This document shows positions 45,486 through 62,753 of a stretch of DNA of 64,000 nt, piece after piece. The stretch covers positions 20,234,629 to 20,298,628 of the forward strand of contig NC_081391.1 of assembly GCF_030684315.1 (NCBI RefSeq), in the 5' to 3' direction. The notes beneath the pieces were generated by a model that did no database searches, was not told the origin of the DNA, and worked only from the letters and a program-made list of their open reading frames with translations. Made by a program: the position numbers and the translations under genes. The DNA comes from Stegostoma tigrinum. Taxonomy: Eukaryota. Every line of letters starts with the position of its first letter. The first letter of the stretch is position 1.

Positions 45486-46811
45486 TGGTAAAGTGTTGGA
45501 AAATGTTCCAAGAGATAGGATTTATAATCATCTAGAAAAGAATAATTTGATCAGGGATAGTCAGCACGGTTTTGTGAAGGGTAGGTCGTGCCTCACAATC
45601 CTTATTGCGTTCTTTGAGAAGATGACCAAACACATAGATGAGAGTAAACCGGTTGATGTGGTGTATATGGTTTTCAGCAATGCTTTCGATAAGGTTCCCC
45701 ACATTAGGCTATTTACAAAATGCGGAGGAATGGAATTGTGGGAGATATAGCAGTTTGGATCGGAAATTGGCTTGCTGAAAGAAGACAGGGTGGTGGTTGA
45801 TGGGAAATGTTCATCCTGGAGACCAGTTACTAGTGGTGTACCACAAGGGTCGGTGTTGGGTCCACTGCTGTTTGTCATTTTTATAAACGGCCTGGATGAG
45901 GGCGTAGATGGATGGGTTAGTAAATTTGCAGACGACACTAAGGTCGTTGGAGTTGTGGATAGTGACAAAGGATGTTGTAGGTTATAGAGACATAGATAGG
46001 TAAGCTGCAGAGCTGGGCTGAGAGGTGGCAAATGGAGTTTAATGCGGACAAGCGTGAGGTGATGCACTTTGGTAGAAGCAACCGGAATGCAAAGTACTGG
46101 GCTAATGGTAACATTCTTGGTAGTGTAGATGAGCAGAGAGATCTCGGTGTCCATGTACACAGATCCTTGAAAGTTGCCACCCAGGTTGACAAGAAGGCAT
46201 ACAGTGTTTTAGCTTTTATTAATAGAGGGATCGAGTTCCGGAACCAAGAGGTTATGCTGCAGCTGTACAAAACTCTGGTGCGGCCGCACTTTGAGTATTG
46301 CATACAGTTCTGGTCACTGCATTATAAGAAAGATGTGGAAGCTTTGGAAAGGGTGCAGAGGAGATTTACTAGGATGTTGCCTGGTATGGAAGGAAGGTCT
46401 TACGAGGAAAGGCTGAGGGACTTGAGGCTGTTTTCGTTAGAGAGAAGCAGGTTGAGAGGTGACTTAACTGAGACATAAGATAATCAGAGGGTTAGATAGG
46501 GTGGATAGCGAGAGCCTTTTTCCTAGGATGGTGACAGCGAGCATGAGGGGGCATAGCTTTAAATTGAGGGGTGAAAGATATAGGACAGATGTCAGAGGTA
46601 GTTTCTTTACTCAGAGAGTAGTAAGGGTATGGAACGCTTTGCCTGCAACGGAAGTAGATTCGCCAACTTTAAGTACATTTAAGTCGTTGTTTGACAAGCA
46701 TATGGACGTACATGGAATAGTGTAGGTTAGATGGGCTTCAGATTGGTATGACATGTCGGCACAACAGAGGGCCAAAGGGCCTGTACTGTGCCATAATTTT
46801 CTATGTTCTAT
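45486..46811 (+). mobile_element. 5'-truncated CR1 LINE (duplicate of 3186-4520)
   Basis: Same RT motifs, with a 9-nt deletion (QVDKKA versus QVDSVVKKA). Confidence 0.95.
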
Positions 46812-47518
46812 AAACATCTATCCCACGAGCTCCAGATTTAACCAGGAGCTGAAAAAAAAAAACCAAACCCCATCCTCTCCAAGTCTGCTATTAGAAGGTC
46901 AGAGTAGAAGCTGATATCTTTTTATATCAGCTCACTAAAGCCTTAATTTAGGGAGGGTGGGGGTCTTAGCCTTTCTAAAAGAGAAATGACTTGCTGCCTG
47001 CCAGATGTAGTGTAAGGGAAGTCAGGTACTGAGCAAAAAAAACCCTAAATAGATGCTTCAAATGTGGGAAGCCTCTGAACATCTATGGGATGAGTCAAGC
47101 TTTCCTCAAAAAGTAAATAGACACCACAAGAGTGCTATTGACCTCTGGCTTTGAGAGATGATTTCAATATTTTATCAGTACTGCTGCAACATTTTGCTGA
47201 AGATAAACTTGGTTGCTCGTACTGCTGCAAACAAGGGGCAATTGCCCCATATATAGCCAAATGCTTGTCCACTCACTGACTCCAAGTATCTTTGGACATT
47301 CATCCCTGTTGACATTATCCAGCTGGTCCAAGGAATTGGACCAAAGTCAGCAAACCATATCCAAGTTGTTGGGAATGGACAAAATCCTTGGGAGATATTG
47401 GATAGGCTTTGGGCTGCAGAATTACAGAAAGCTAGACAGCTTTGGTTCAATGATTTTTATTTCATATTCCAGTACAAGCAAAAGAGAATGCAAGGACCAA
47501 GTGATTGTAAAATCCCAC

Positions 47519-49691
<2,173 letters not shown>

Positions 49692-50679
49692 CTTCACACC
49701 TACTTACAAAAAGCAAACCCAAACAACAGCCTAACCCCACCTCCCACCATTTCTAGTATTTATGTGAATGGGAATCTGCATTCCAACAGGAAGTTATCAC
49801 CAATAGTGCTTGGCTATTAGGGATTTCCAATCAGCAGGCTCCCATGAATACAGGCATTAATTAGGGAGAGGTGCTGGGGGGAGCTATGTACAAAGCAGAG
49901 CCAATCGGAGCAGTGGGAAACCAGCAGGTTTCAACAGTTTGGGCCATGGGAACAGGAGGAGACCATTCAGCCCCTCAAACCTATTTCAGTATTTAATTAG
50001 ATCTTGGCTGGTCTGCTTCTCAGTTCCATATAAACTACCTTCTTCCATAAAGCGGAATCATAGAATCCCATCACAAATTCACCAAAGATCCTCAGATTGC
50101 ACCTTCCAAGCAGATGACCATTTCCATCCAGACAGACAAGGGCAGCAGACACGTGAGACCACCACCAACTTCAAGCTCCCCTCCGAGCCACTCACCATCC
50201 CGACTTGGAAATATGTTGGCGTGCCTTCAGTGTCTCTGGGTGGAAATCCTGGAATTCCCTCTGTACGGCCATCGGGGTCGACATGGACTGCTGCGGTTCA
50301 TGAAGGCAGCTGAACCCCACCTTCTCAAGGGGAATCTAGCAATGTACAACAAATGCTGGCCCAACCCATGACTGCCCTTGTCCCGCAAGTGAATACTCAA
50401 AAAAATTACAGTGCCGTAGGAGGCCATTTGGCCAATTGTGCTGCACCAGATCCATTGTGCTCATCTCTTGCCATGTCCCTGCACATCACCACGATCCCAA
50501 AAGAAAACCCAATGCTCTCTTCAAAGCTTCAATTGTATGTGCCCTCCCCACGTCTCCAGGCAGCACATTGCGCATACTCTCCACATTCTGTGTAAAAATG
50601 TTTTTTTTTCTCACTTCACCCTTGCTTTGTTTGCACATCACTTTAACTATCCCCTCACGTATCTACTTTTTAAAATTTG

Positions 50680-51022
50680 TTGACGGGTTGAGGGCATTGC
50701 TGACTAGGCAGCATTTATTGCCCATCCCTAATTGCCCAGAGGGCAGTTAAGGGTCAACCACATTGCTGTGGGTTTGGAGTCTCATGTTGGCCATTTGGCA
50801 GTTTGGTAAATGGCGGTTTTTTTCCCTAAAGGACATTAGAGGACCAGATGGATTTTTCCAGCAATTGACAATGGACTCATGGTCATCGTTAGATTCTTAA
50901 ACTCCAGATATTTATTGAAATCAAATTCCACCATTTACCATGGTGGGATTTGAACCAGGGTCCGCAGAACATGATCTGGGTCTCTAGATTAACAGTCCAC
51001 AATCATACCACGGGGCCATCGC
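50680..51022 (-). mobile_element. tRNA-derived SINE relic
   Basis: Reverse-strand tRNA-like head (gggatttgaaccagggtcc...accacggggccatc) and tail cagcatttattgcccatccctaattgccc, which recurs degenerately at ~14485 and ~51375. Confidence 0.5.
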
Positions 51023-52873
51023 CAAGTAGAAAATAAATGGGTTACTTAACAACAGCCAAGAATCTTGGATTTGAATGTTCAATTTATTCCCAAGGTTTTG
51101 GCAGAGCAGGGTTTAGATTTCCAGCATTGTGTGTGTGAGGAGCACCGTCCCTAATGGATGAGCTCGAACCTTTAGGTTATGCTGCTGTCTACACCGACTT
51201 CCTCTTGTCCGAAAATATCACACCCGAGAACATCGTTTTTCTCTCGTTGACTCTATCAAATCAATTAATCAGCTTCAAATCTTAATAATAATTCTTCCTT
51301 GTTCTTCTACACTCACAGGAACTTGAGGTTTTAAAAAATGTTGTTTTGGGATGTTGGCATCACTGGCGGGGTGTGTATTTATTGCCCATCCCTAGTTTCC
51401 TCTTGAGAAGGTGGTGGTGAGTTGCCTTTGTGAACAGTTGCAATGTCCATCTGGTGCAGATAGACTCAGATTGCCCCTAAGGAGAGAATTCCAGAAATCT
51501 GACTGATTTAACACTGCAGTGACACTGAAGGGACGGTAATATATTTCCAAGCCAGGATGGTGGATGGCTTGGAGGGGAACCTGCAGGGGGTGGTGTTCCC
51601 ACGTATCTACTGCCCTTGTCTGAGCAGATGGAAGTGGATGTGGCTTTGGAAGGAGCTGTCAAAATACCTGAATTTCATCTTCAATGCAAATTGCCTTCAT
51701 TGTTTAACCCTTTCGACCTGTTGTCATCCTGTGCTGCATTCCCTCACAGACTCATAGATCGAGACCTGAATACAGTATCATAGATATGCACTCACTGGCA
51801 TTTAATAAATGGTAGCAGAACTGTCCGATCAATAACATGGGGGCATCATTTTAAGGTGAAGAGCAGTAGGTTTAGAGGGGATTTGCCAAAAACATTTTTC
51901 ACCCAGATGGTGTGATGGGAATCTGGAATGCACTGTGTGGGAGGGTAGTAGAGATGGGAAACATCACAACTTTTGAAACGTACATGGATGGGCACTTGAA
52001 GTGTCATTACACTCAAGGCTATAGGTGAAGTGCTAGAAAGTGAGATGAGTGTAGACAGGTCAGCACAGACCTGATGTCTATGGCCCGAATGTCGATCTCT
52101 TTGTAATCCAGACAATTCTGTGCCTGTCCACCAGCTCTTGCAATTTCTGCAGATGGATCCCATAACCTTATGGTCACCACCAATTCTGTTCCCCGAATGT
52201 CACAGTTTAGCTAATTTCTCTTTCTTGTTCCGAAGTGCATGGCCTCACTCTTCCTCACATTGAGGCCTGCCTGCTGTTGTTTGCTCATTCATTTCAACAA
52301 TGGCTTGTTGCAAACTTTCAGGTCCCATCCACACCATCCACTTTGTCGCTTAACTTTGTTTTGTCAGGAAATTTGGACATATATCTCTCGAGTCCTTCAT
52401 CTACGTCAATCTGTCAATGTGAAACTGAAGCCCAAGTGGAGATCCCTGGGAGTGAGAGTCAAATTTTGTCAATCAAAGTTGGCAGCCATTCTGTCAGCCA
52501 CCTTCCCCCTTCCCAATTCCCACCCCATGTCCAACAGTAACTTCCTATTGTACGCGCATGCATTTTTCCTAATTATGTCATGGATACTCGTCATTGTTGG
52601 AATTGATTTTAGTTGCTTTGACTGTTCTCAAACTGATAGCATCAGTCCTCCAGGTCAGAGCTCCCCAATTCACCTTAGGGTTTGACGAGTTTGTAAATGA
52701 ATATTTCTCCCTGTACATGATGTCGAATTAAATGACATCTGAAGGTTTGAAGCATCTCTCATCTGGTCCAGAAGAGGTCAGGGACACTGACACTGATCAC
52801 AGCAGTTGAGGATATTACCCTGCACGAGATAGCCTGCAGCAAATCTGCAAATCAACCAGTCCCACTGGGAAAA

Positions 52874-52969
52874 CAGAGATAATGGGAACTGCAGATGCTG
52901 GAGAATCCAGGATAACAAAGTGTGGAGCTGGATGAACACAGCAGGCCCAGCAACATCTCAGGAGCACAA
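52874..52969 (-). mobile_element. Very short Penelope terminal insertion
   Basis: cagagataatgggaactgcagatgctggagaatcc...ggagcacaa, flanked by the imperfect direct repeat cactgggaaaac / cactgggggaaac. Confidence 0.75.
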
Positions 52970-54299
52970 CACTGGGGGAAACAGACAGGATGCCTCTATC
53001 GGAATCCTATCACTCCCATTGCTGTTAAGTTTCATGTAAAGCTTTATCCGATCAAGCTCAGGAGCTCTATCATCCATTCCTTCTTCTGTAAGGAAGTTGT
53101 CTGTTGGATTTCTCTCAGATTTGAGAAAAAAAATATGAAAAGCAGTATTAATCTCAGGACGAGAATCAATTCTTTTGGTATTTCCTGACACCAGAAAATA
53201 TAGTCCTTTCAATTTAGAGTGCAGGAAATTGTTGAACAAATTGCAGCACGAGAATCTATGTCCAGTACCAGATTTAAGTCCTGCTTGATAATGTCTCACT
53301 TCTGCACCCCTGCCCTCCTCAGGACTGACTCTGAGCACTGCAGTATATGGAAAATGACTATTCAGTTAGTTTGCGACATCCAGGGTAAGCACCAGGATTC
53401 CTTACTCATTTAATTGCATGCTTGTGACAAAAAAAAATGGGAGCCAGCGTCCACGTGGCGGACTCCCAGTGCAATGGCCACCTACCTCTGTACAACAGAG
53501 ACTCTATCACTGGTGTGTCTCGCAAGCCAGCCGGCAAGCAGGCTGTTGTTTGGATAATGAGTGCTTTCCTGAAGTTTGGCAGTGGGCACTGTTGTTTGTC
53601 ATAAACTCAGCTGTGTTAGCTGTTAATTGCCAGTGCCGAGGGCAGAAAGTAAAAGGAAGCATCAGCCCACCCACTATTAAACTTGGGGAAAAAAAAAAAG
53701 AAGAGTTTTCTAACCACGTGCCAGCAGAATGTATTTCACATGTGCACCAACTACATTGCTGAGATACTCGAGTCACACGTAGGCCAGATCAGGTAATGGT
53801 AGCAGATTTCACTCCTCAAGAAAGATGAGTCAAACAGAAGAATGGTAGATATGCAAAACTGTCAGATAGTAAACTGCCCTGATACACCGGCTGTCTCTTT
53901 AGGTCTTTAAGGATTCTGCAAGCTCTCAGCTCACATTTGGAAGAAAGTTGAGCACTGGCTGCCAAACCTCAGTAAAGTAAGGAACTGCAAAAGCATGTTT
54001 AAGAGAAGTGTTGTGTAGTGACAGCATCGCTAGACCAGGGTGGTCAGATTTGAGCCCCACCTGAGAGGTGATTAACATCCAAAAATGAATTGATTAGCAG
54101 AGGGTTCAACTGTGTCAAAAGGTGACAGAAGCACCTGCCATACAACCTAGATATGATGGATCTGAACAAAAATCAGTTATTCAATTTCACTAAAAGTGTT
54201 TCTTCATTATGGAGATTTTATTTTCCAATTCAACAAGGGTAGATAAAGTTTCTAAAAGACTAATCCATTGACAGCACTGATGGGATTCTAAAATCCCAC

Positions 54300-56620
<2,321 letters not shown>

Positions 56621-59156
56621 TGTCACTATTCCTGCTCACTATCACCGAGACAGCTCTCATATCAAGTCTTTGTACCACAAGCTCCAGTATTTATACTCCT
56701 GGGACATCCTATGTTCAACGAGGGAATGACATCACCAATGATGACTGACATTCCCTGAAAGCCAATTAGGAATCTCCCATGAATTTAGCCCCGCCTCTGC
56801 CCTCCCACCAATTAGAGAGAGGGTGTGGGTGTATGAGGCAGAGCTGATCAGAGGTGCAGATTGTTGTCAAGTCTGGATGGTTATTCTGTGATTGGATCAG
56901 CAGTCGGTCATTTAGAATCTCCAATCTGCTGGAACTCTCTATCGGGTCATGGTTAGTTTGAACAGAAAACTAGATTTGGATTTGGAAAGCTTTTCTTTTT
57001 AAACTAAGCTTGTTGTGACCAACTGCAGGAGGTGCTCAATGAAGGAGAATCAGTTTCTGCTGGGATCTTGGAGAGAAAGGTCGGAGATTGGTGGTAGTTC
57101 CTAGAAATTTGTAACAGAAACAAACAGGACAAAGACAGGAAGGATGTTTCTGGTGACCAATGCGCCCAGAACCAAGGGTCACTGTCTCAGGATACAGAGT
57201 AGTCTGTTTGGGATTGAGATGAGGAGAAATGTCTTCAGCCATACAGTGGGGAGTCTGTTGTATTGTCTGGGACAGGAAACAGTTGAGGCCAAAAGACTGA
57301 AGGTTTTGAAGAGTTAGATGTAGCTGATCGGGCTATGGGGATCAAAGGGTATGGAGAGAGAGTGTGAAGATGGTACGGAGTTAAGGGATTACCCATCATC
57401 ATATGGAATGTCAGAGCAGGCTGGAAGGGCTGTATCAAAATGGTTCATAATTTTGAACATTTCAATCAGGTCATCTTTTAATCGTCTCTGCTCCAAGGAG
57501 ATAAGGCCAATTTTTAAAATCTTTCCTGGTATCATTCCAGCAAATCTCCTTTGCACCATGTCCAGGGCTTTAATGCCCTCCCTTTGAAACAGTGCCCAGA
57601 ATTGAACACAATACTCTAATGCGGTCTGACCAATGGTGTGTAGTGGTGTAGCGTTACTACCTTGGTTTTATACTCCATGGCTCTCCTTAAAAACACAAGA
57701 TTCCTATAAGCCTTCTTCATGACTGTTTCATCTTGCCTGGCCACCTTCAGGGAATTGTAGTTTTAAATCCTGAGGGCTCCCTGCTCCTGTACTCACCTTG
57801 ACGTTGTTCCATTGTACCTGTATTATCTCTTCATGTCTCCATGTTTCTTCGACCAAAATGCATTTCTTGCATTTTTTTGTGTTGAAATTATAAAGTGATT
57901 GCCAACATCAAATCTTACCCAATAAAAATCAAGAGATGCTAATTTTGAAGTCTTCAACTGACACCGGACATGTGTGTGTGTCCACTACCCACTATCCTTT
58001 CTGTGAAGAGGCTGTTTCTGACATTATCCTGGGCAGTTTAGCACTAATTTGAAGATTCTATATCCGTTCCATACCTTAAGTCCTAGAAGACCCATTGAGA
58101 AGAAACAATTCCTCTGAATCTACCCTGTCAAGTCCATTAATGGTCTTAAAACTTTCAAGTACTGCCATCTCTTAACCTTCCATACTGAGGGACTCGGGCA
58201 AGCTGCCATCATCATTTAACCAGCTCTTTATCTCTGAGTTGATTCTGGAAATTCTCTGCTGCACCATCTTCAGGCCCAACCTGCCGAAAATGAGATCTCC
58301 AGGGATGGTTGAACCAGAACTTGACAATTTCATAAAAAACTCCACCCAGAGGTGTGCAAATCCCTTAGAGATCAGGACTGACATTGAATTAATTTCTTTG
58401 TTCAGTGTTTTTATATCTCGTCTCTAGTTTCAATACATTTCTGTCCACTTGTCTCAGTTTCATTTTGATCATTAGTTTTGACAACCCAGCAGAAGATGTC
58501 CCCATTTCTAAAACACTCTGGCTCACCTTTCTTGGTCAGGAGTGGATAACTTCGCACTTCCCCTTATTGAACTGTATCAGCCAGTCTTCCCCACTCCATG
58601 GAAGTTTGAAACATTCCACTGTCATGATAAAGTGCCACTTGATGTAATGCCATCAGCAAATATTTGAATTGTGGCTGTCCATTTCTTCATCTCGAACACT
58701 TATAATCCAAGGAAAATTTAAGGCCCCAGTTTCTCTCCTTGGGGAAAGTAATCACATCTTGCTTTTTCTTTTATTACCTCATGGGATGAAGGTGTTGTTG
58801 GCTGGCCCAGCATTTATTGTACTTCCCTAATTATTATTGTCTTCTTGAATTGCTGTTGTCCATTTGGTGCAGGGAGATCCATAATGCCATTTTGGACAGA
58901 ATTCCAGGATTCAGATGGTATGACTGTAGATTGAGTTTTGCCTCATGAGCTTCATTGAGTATTTTGAAGATTTGATGTAGAGCAATGATGAGGGCAGAGT
59001 GGTGGGCGTGATCTACATGGACTGCAATGAAGCGTTTGACAATGTTGCTCATAGTAAGCTGTTTAGCAAAGTGAGATCACATGGAATCCAGGGAGAATTA
59101 TCCATTTGGATACAGAAATGGCTCAAAAGTGGAAGGCACAGGGTGCCGGTAGAGGC

Positions 59157-59880
59157 AACAAAGTGTGGAGCCGGAGGAACACAGCAGGCCAGGCAGCATC
59201 AGAGGAGCAGAAAAGCTGATGTTTCGGGTCGAGACCCTTGAGAAATTGGGAGGGGGAGGGGAAGCTCAGAAATAAGGAGGAGGGGTGGGACTGGGGATGG
59301 TAGGTGGGATGGTGATGGGTGAGTGCAGATAGGGAGTGGTCAGTGAGGTGGGAGAGAAGGCCAAGGAGGTGGGGATTGGTCATGGGATGAGGACACTTTG
59401 AAGTTAATAAGGTTAATAAGGTCCACATTTAGTGTCTTGGGCTATAAGCTCCCAAGGCAGAATATGAGGTGCTACTCCTCTAGTTTGAGGATGACATTGG
59501 TGTGATACTGGAGGATGCCCAAGATGGACAGGTCAGCCATGGAGTGGGAGGGGGGGGTGGAAGTTAAAACATTTTGTGATTGGAAAGTGTTGTTGTTTGT
59601 TGCTCATTGAGCGCAGATGCTCCAGAGAAACTGTCTCCCTCATGGTGGCTACATTGGGTGCAGCCGATACAATAGACCAACTTGAAACAGGTGCAGGTGA
59701 TCTGTGTCTGATGCCGAAGGTTTGTTAGTTTTTATTTTGAATGGAGACACGGGGTGGATGTGGTGGTGGGGCGAGGGGGTCAGGGAATGGTGTAGCTGTT
59801 CCTGCAGTTGCAGGGAACAGGGCTGGGGTTAATGGGGAGTACAGAGTGGATGAGTGAGTGGCAGGGACACCAGCGTAGAG
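59157..59880 (-). mobile_element. Degenerate Penelope-like element (duplicate of 14833)
   Basis: Near-identical to 14833-15560. Confidence 0.7.
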
Positions 59881-60154
59881 GTACTGTGGTGTCCACAGTA
59901 AGAGGGGCTATGCCTGCTTCTGTCGGATATGTGGAACAGTCCCTCTTCTGCTGCTCCACTGGCACTATCCCCTACCTTTTCCTTACTCAAAGATTGAAAG
60001 TAAATAGCCAGCTACATTGCTGTGTGGGTGGTGAGTCAGCTGTCGGCCAACTGCTTTCCTTCCCTGAAAGGGTTAGAAAAGTTTAGAACTGCTGAGAGTT
60101 GGTCTTTCTGCAAATTAAGTGAAGTGTCTCTTCTACTCTGACCCGCCCCAACCG

Positions 60155-60219
60155 AAGCCGAGATGCTATGAAGGGAACTCTGCAGATAAAGAAGGTGAAC
60201 CAGAGTCTCCCGGATCCCC
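60155..60219 (+). pseudogene. Inverted relic of ferritin exon 3 (duplicate of 15833)
   Basis: Same sequence as 15833-15897. Confidence 0.7.
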
Positions 60220-61159
60220 TTGTCTACAAATGTAGCTTTAATTGCACCAGCTGTCCTCAGCAGTTGATTGCTGGAGCAAGAACAGGGACTATGCCACGTT
60301 TGTCCCACACGCGACAAGGTGGGCATTGAGGATAGGAGACACTGTTACAGGAGAGAGCAGATTCCTCACTCAGTCTCCTACAGTGGAGACTTGTTAGAAA
60401 ATCCAATTCCTTAGCTTGGGAAACGAGAACAGTGGTGTATTGCTTGCCCAAAGAAGCATGGAGAAAAAGCAACTTGCATGCCAGATGCTATTGCTGTTAC
60501 AGTCTTATTAAGGAATATTTTGAATGCTTAGATTCTACCAGTAAAGTTAACAGAATATTACTGGCAAAACTGAGGCCTGGCAGCACCTGGAGACAGACTT
60601 CAGTTGTGGAGTCACCAGGCTCAACCATTAACTGGTTTAATCAACACACATCCAGAGTTTCACCTGCACCTACCCCGCCACCCCGCAAACCCCAGCAATT
60701 TCTATTTTGTTTGATCCCAGCTTTTAGGAAAGTTGGAGCATTGCTCGGGACAGGGCACCAGTTAAGTGGCTAACAGTTAGATAGAGTGGAGCAATTTTGG
60801 TGAAGCTATTCACGAGAGACTACTCTTACAGAATTGTCACAGTGAGGACAAGACAGATAGTGAGCATTGCGAACAAGCCAAAAGCTTAACAGTTGTGATT
60901 TCCGCAACAATTACTCACTTCAAAAATTCTCCTGGCTCTGGATTCAGAAACTGAACAAAAATTGCCAGGGCAAGCATCGATTCAATGCAGAGAGCAAAAA
61001 GCCGAAGGGACTGAATAATCAGATAATAAACAGCCAAATAAATGAAGCAGTCACTCAAAGTCGTCAGATACATGGGCAATGTTTTCATTGACTTTTTTGT
61101 GCACTCTGCACTTGCACTAGAACACCAGTGTGCAACAGATGGAGTTGTTGAATCCCCAT

Positions 61160-61304
61160 TCAGCTCAGGCTGAGCCTCTCAAACAGATACTCTCCTTTGC
61201 CCTTCTGAGGGGCTCCCAGTCTCTTCAGGTTGGTGATGTGATCTCCCAGCTTCTTGATCATCTTCACTTGCTCATCCAAGTAGTGCCTCTCCAGGAAGTC
61301 ACAG
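61160..61304 (-). pseudogene. Ferritin copy K, exon 4 only (duplicate of D)
   Basis: Same 2-nt deletion and the same Penelope junction (61619) as D. Confidence 0.9.
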
Positions 61305-61618
61305 CTGGAAGACAAGACAAGTTAGTTGAGTCCATTGAAGACATTTGGAAGTGACCCTCAATTCAGATCTAACAAATCACTGCCAAGTTGAGGGAGAGGG
61401 GCACTCTGGTGATTCATTTGGACTGTTGTAGATTTAACAGTCTGCAGGAGGCAGTTATGAGACAATTGTATTCCCCCTCCCCCCAGGATTAGACAAACAG
61501 ATCACTTTCAGGTTAGAAACATTCATCTTTCCTGTAATTTGAAAGTCATCCTGGTAGTTTGTTGCTCTGAAGGCCATCAGCCCTACATGCTGAATTTAGC
61601 AGTGGATGGCAAGGAAGC

Positions 61619-62048
61619 AAACAACCAGCCCAGCTCTTCCCCTCCCCCCACTGCACCACACAACCAGTCCAACCTGTCTCTGCCTCCCTAACCTGTTCTT
61701 CCTCTCACCCATCCCTTCCTCCCACCCCAAGCCACACCTCCATCTCCTACCTACCAACCTCATCCCACCTCCTTGACCTGTCCATCTACCCTGGACTGAC
61801 CTATCCCCTTCCCCACATCCCCACCTGTACTCTCCTCTCCACCTATCACCTTTTCTCTCCATCTTCGGTCCGCCTCCCCCTCTCTCCCTATTTATTCCAG
61901 AACCCTCCCCCCATCCCCCTCTCTGATGAAGGGTCCAGGCCCGAAACGTCAGCTTTTGTGCTCCTGAGATGCTGCTGGGCCTGCTGTGTTCATCCAGCCT
62001 CACATTTTATTATCTTGGATTCTGCAGCATCTGCAGTTCCCATTATCA
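61619..62048 (+). mobile_element. Penelope 3'-terminal fragment (duplicate of 17297-17725)
   Basis: Same junctions as 17297-17725. Confidence 0.85.
61923..61950 (+). ncRNA. Minimal hammerhead ribozyme motif in a Penelope pLTR
   Basis: CTGATGA-A-GGGT-CCAG-GCCC-GAAAC-GTC: conserved core boxes, a 4-bp stem II, a palindromic ACGT stem III and a GUC site. Stem I is only ~2 bp, so activity is unproven. Confidence 0.6.
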
Positions 62049-62753
62049 CTGTTTTGTTGTCCAGCCGGCTTGGGGGGAAACTGAGCACGTTCTGGCCTTT
62101 TTAATTCGGCTTTCATATCTGCCCACTGCCACACGGTTATTACGGTGCTGATGGTGACCATTCGGCCCATCGTATCCACCACCAACTCGCTGAGCGTTTC
62201 ACCTCTTGCCATTCTCCTGCACTGTCCCTGTAATCTCCATGTTATTCCCTTTCAGATATCAGTCCTATTCCCTTTTGAATGCGTGAATTGAACCTGCCTC
62301 CAACACACTCTCGGACTATACATTTCACACCCTATCCACTCGCTGTGTTGGAAGGTTTTTATTTTCGCAGATCACTTCAGCTTCTTTTGCCAATTTTAAA
62401 CCTGTGCCTTCTTGCTCCTGACCCTTTCACAAATGGGAACATCGTGCCACTGTTTGTTCTTTCTGGATCCGTATTTGAGCCATTTGCTTTCCAGAGAGAA
62501 GAGTTCCAGCTTCTCCAATATATCCTCACACCTGAAATTCCTCATTCCTGGAGCCATTCCAGGAAGCCTCCTCTGCACTGTCTCCAGTACGTCCACACTT
62601 TCCTTCAGTGTGATGTGCAGAATGAGACACAGTGTTCCTGTTGGAGTCAAACTTAAGCAGGTTCAGCATAATCACCTTGCTCTTGTACACTTGCCCCTAC
62701 TAATAAAGCTCAGGGCACTGCGAGCTTTGTAAACGATTCTCTTAAACAGTCCT

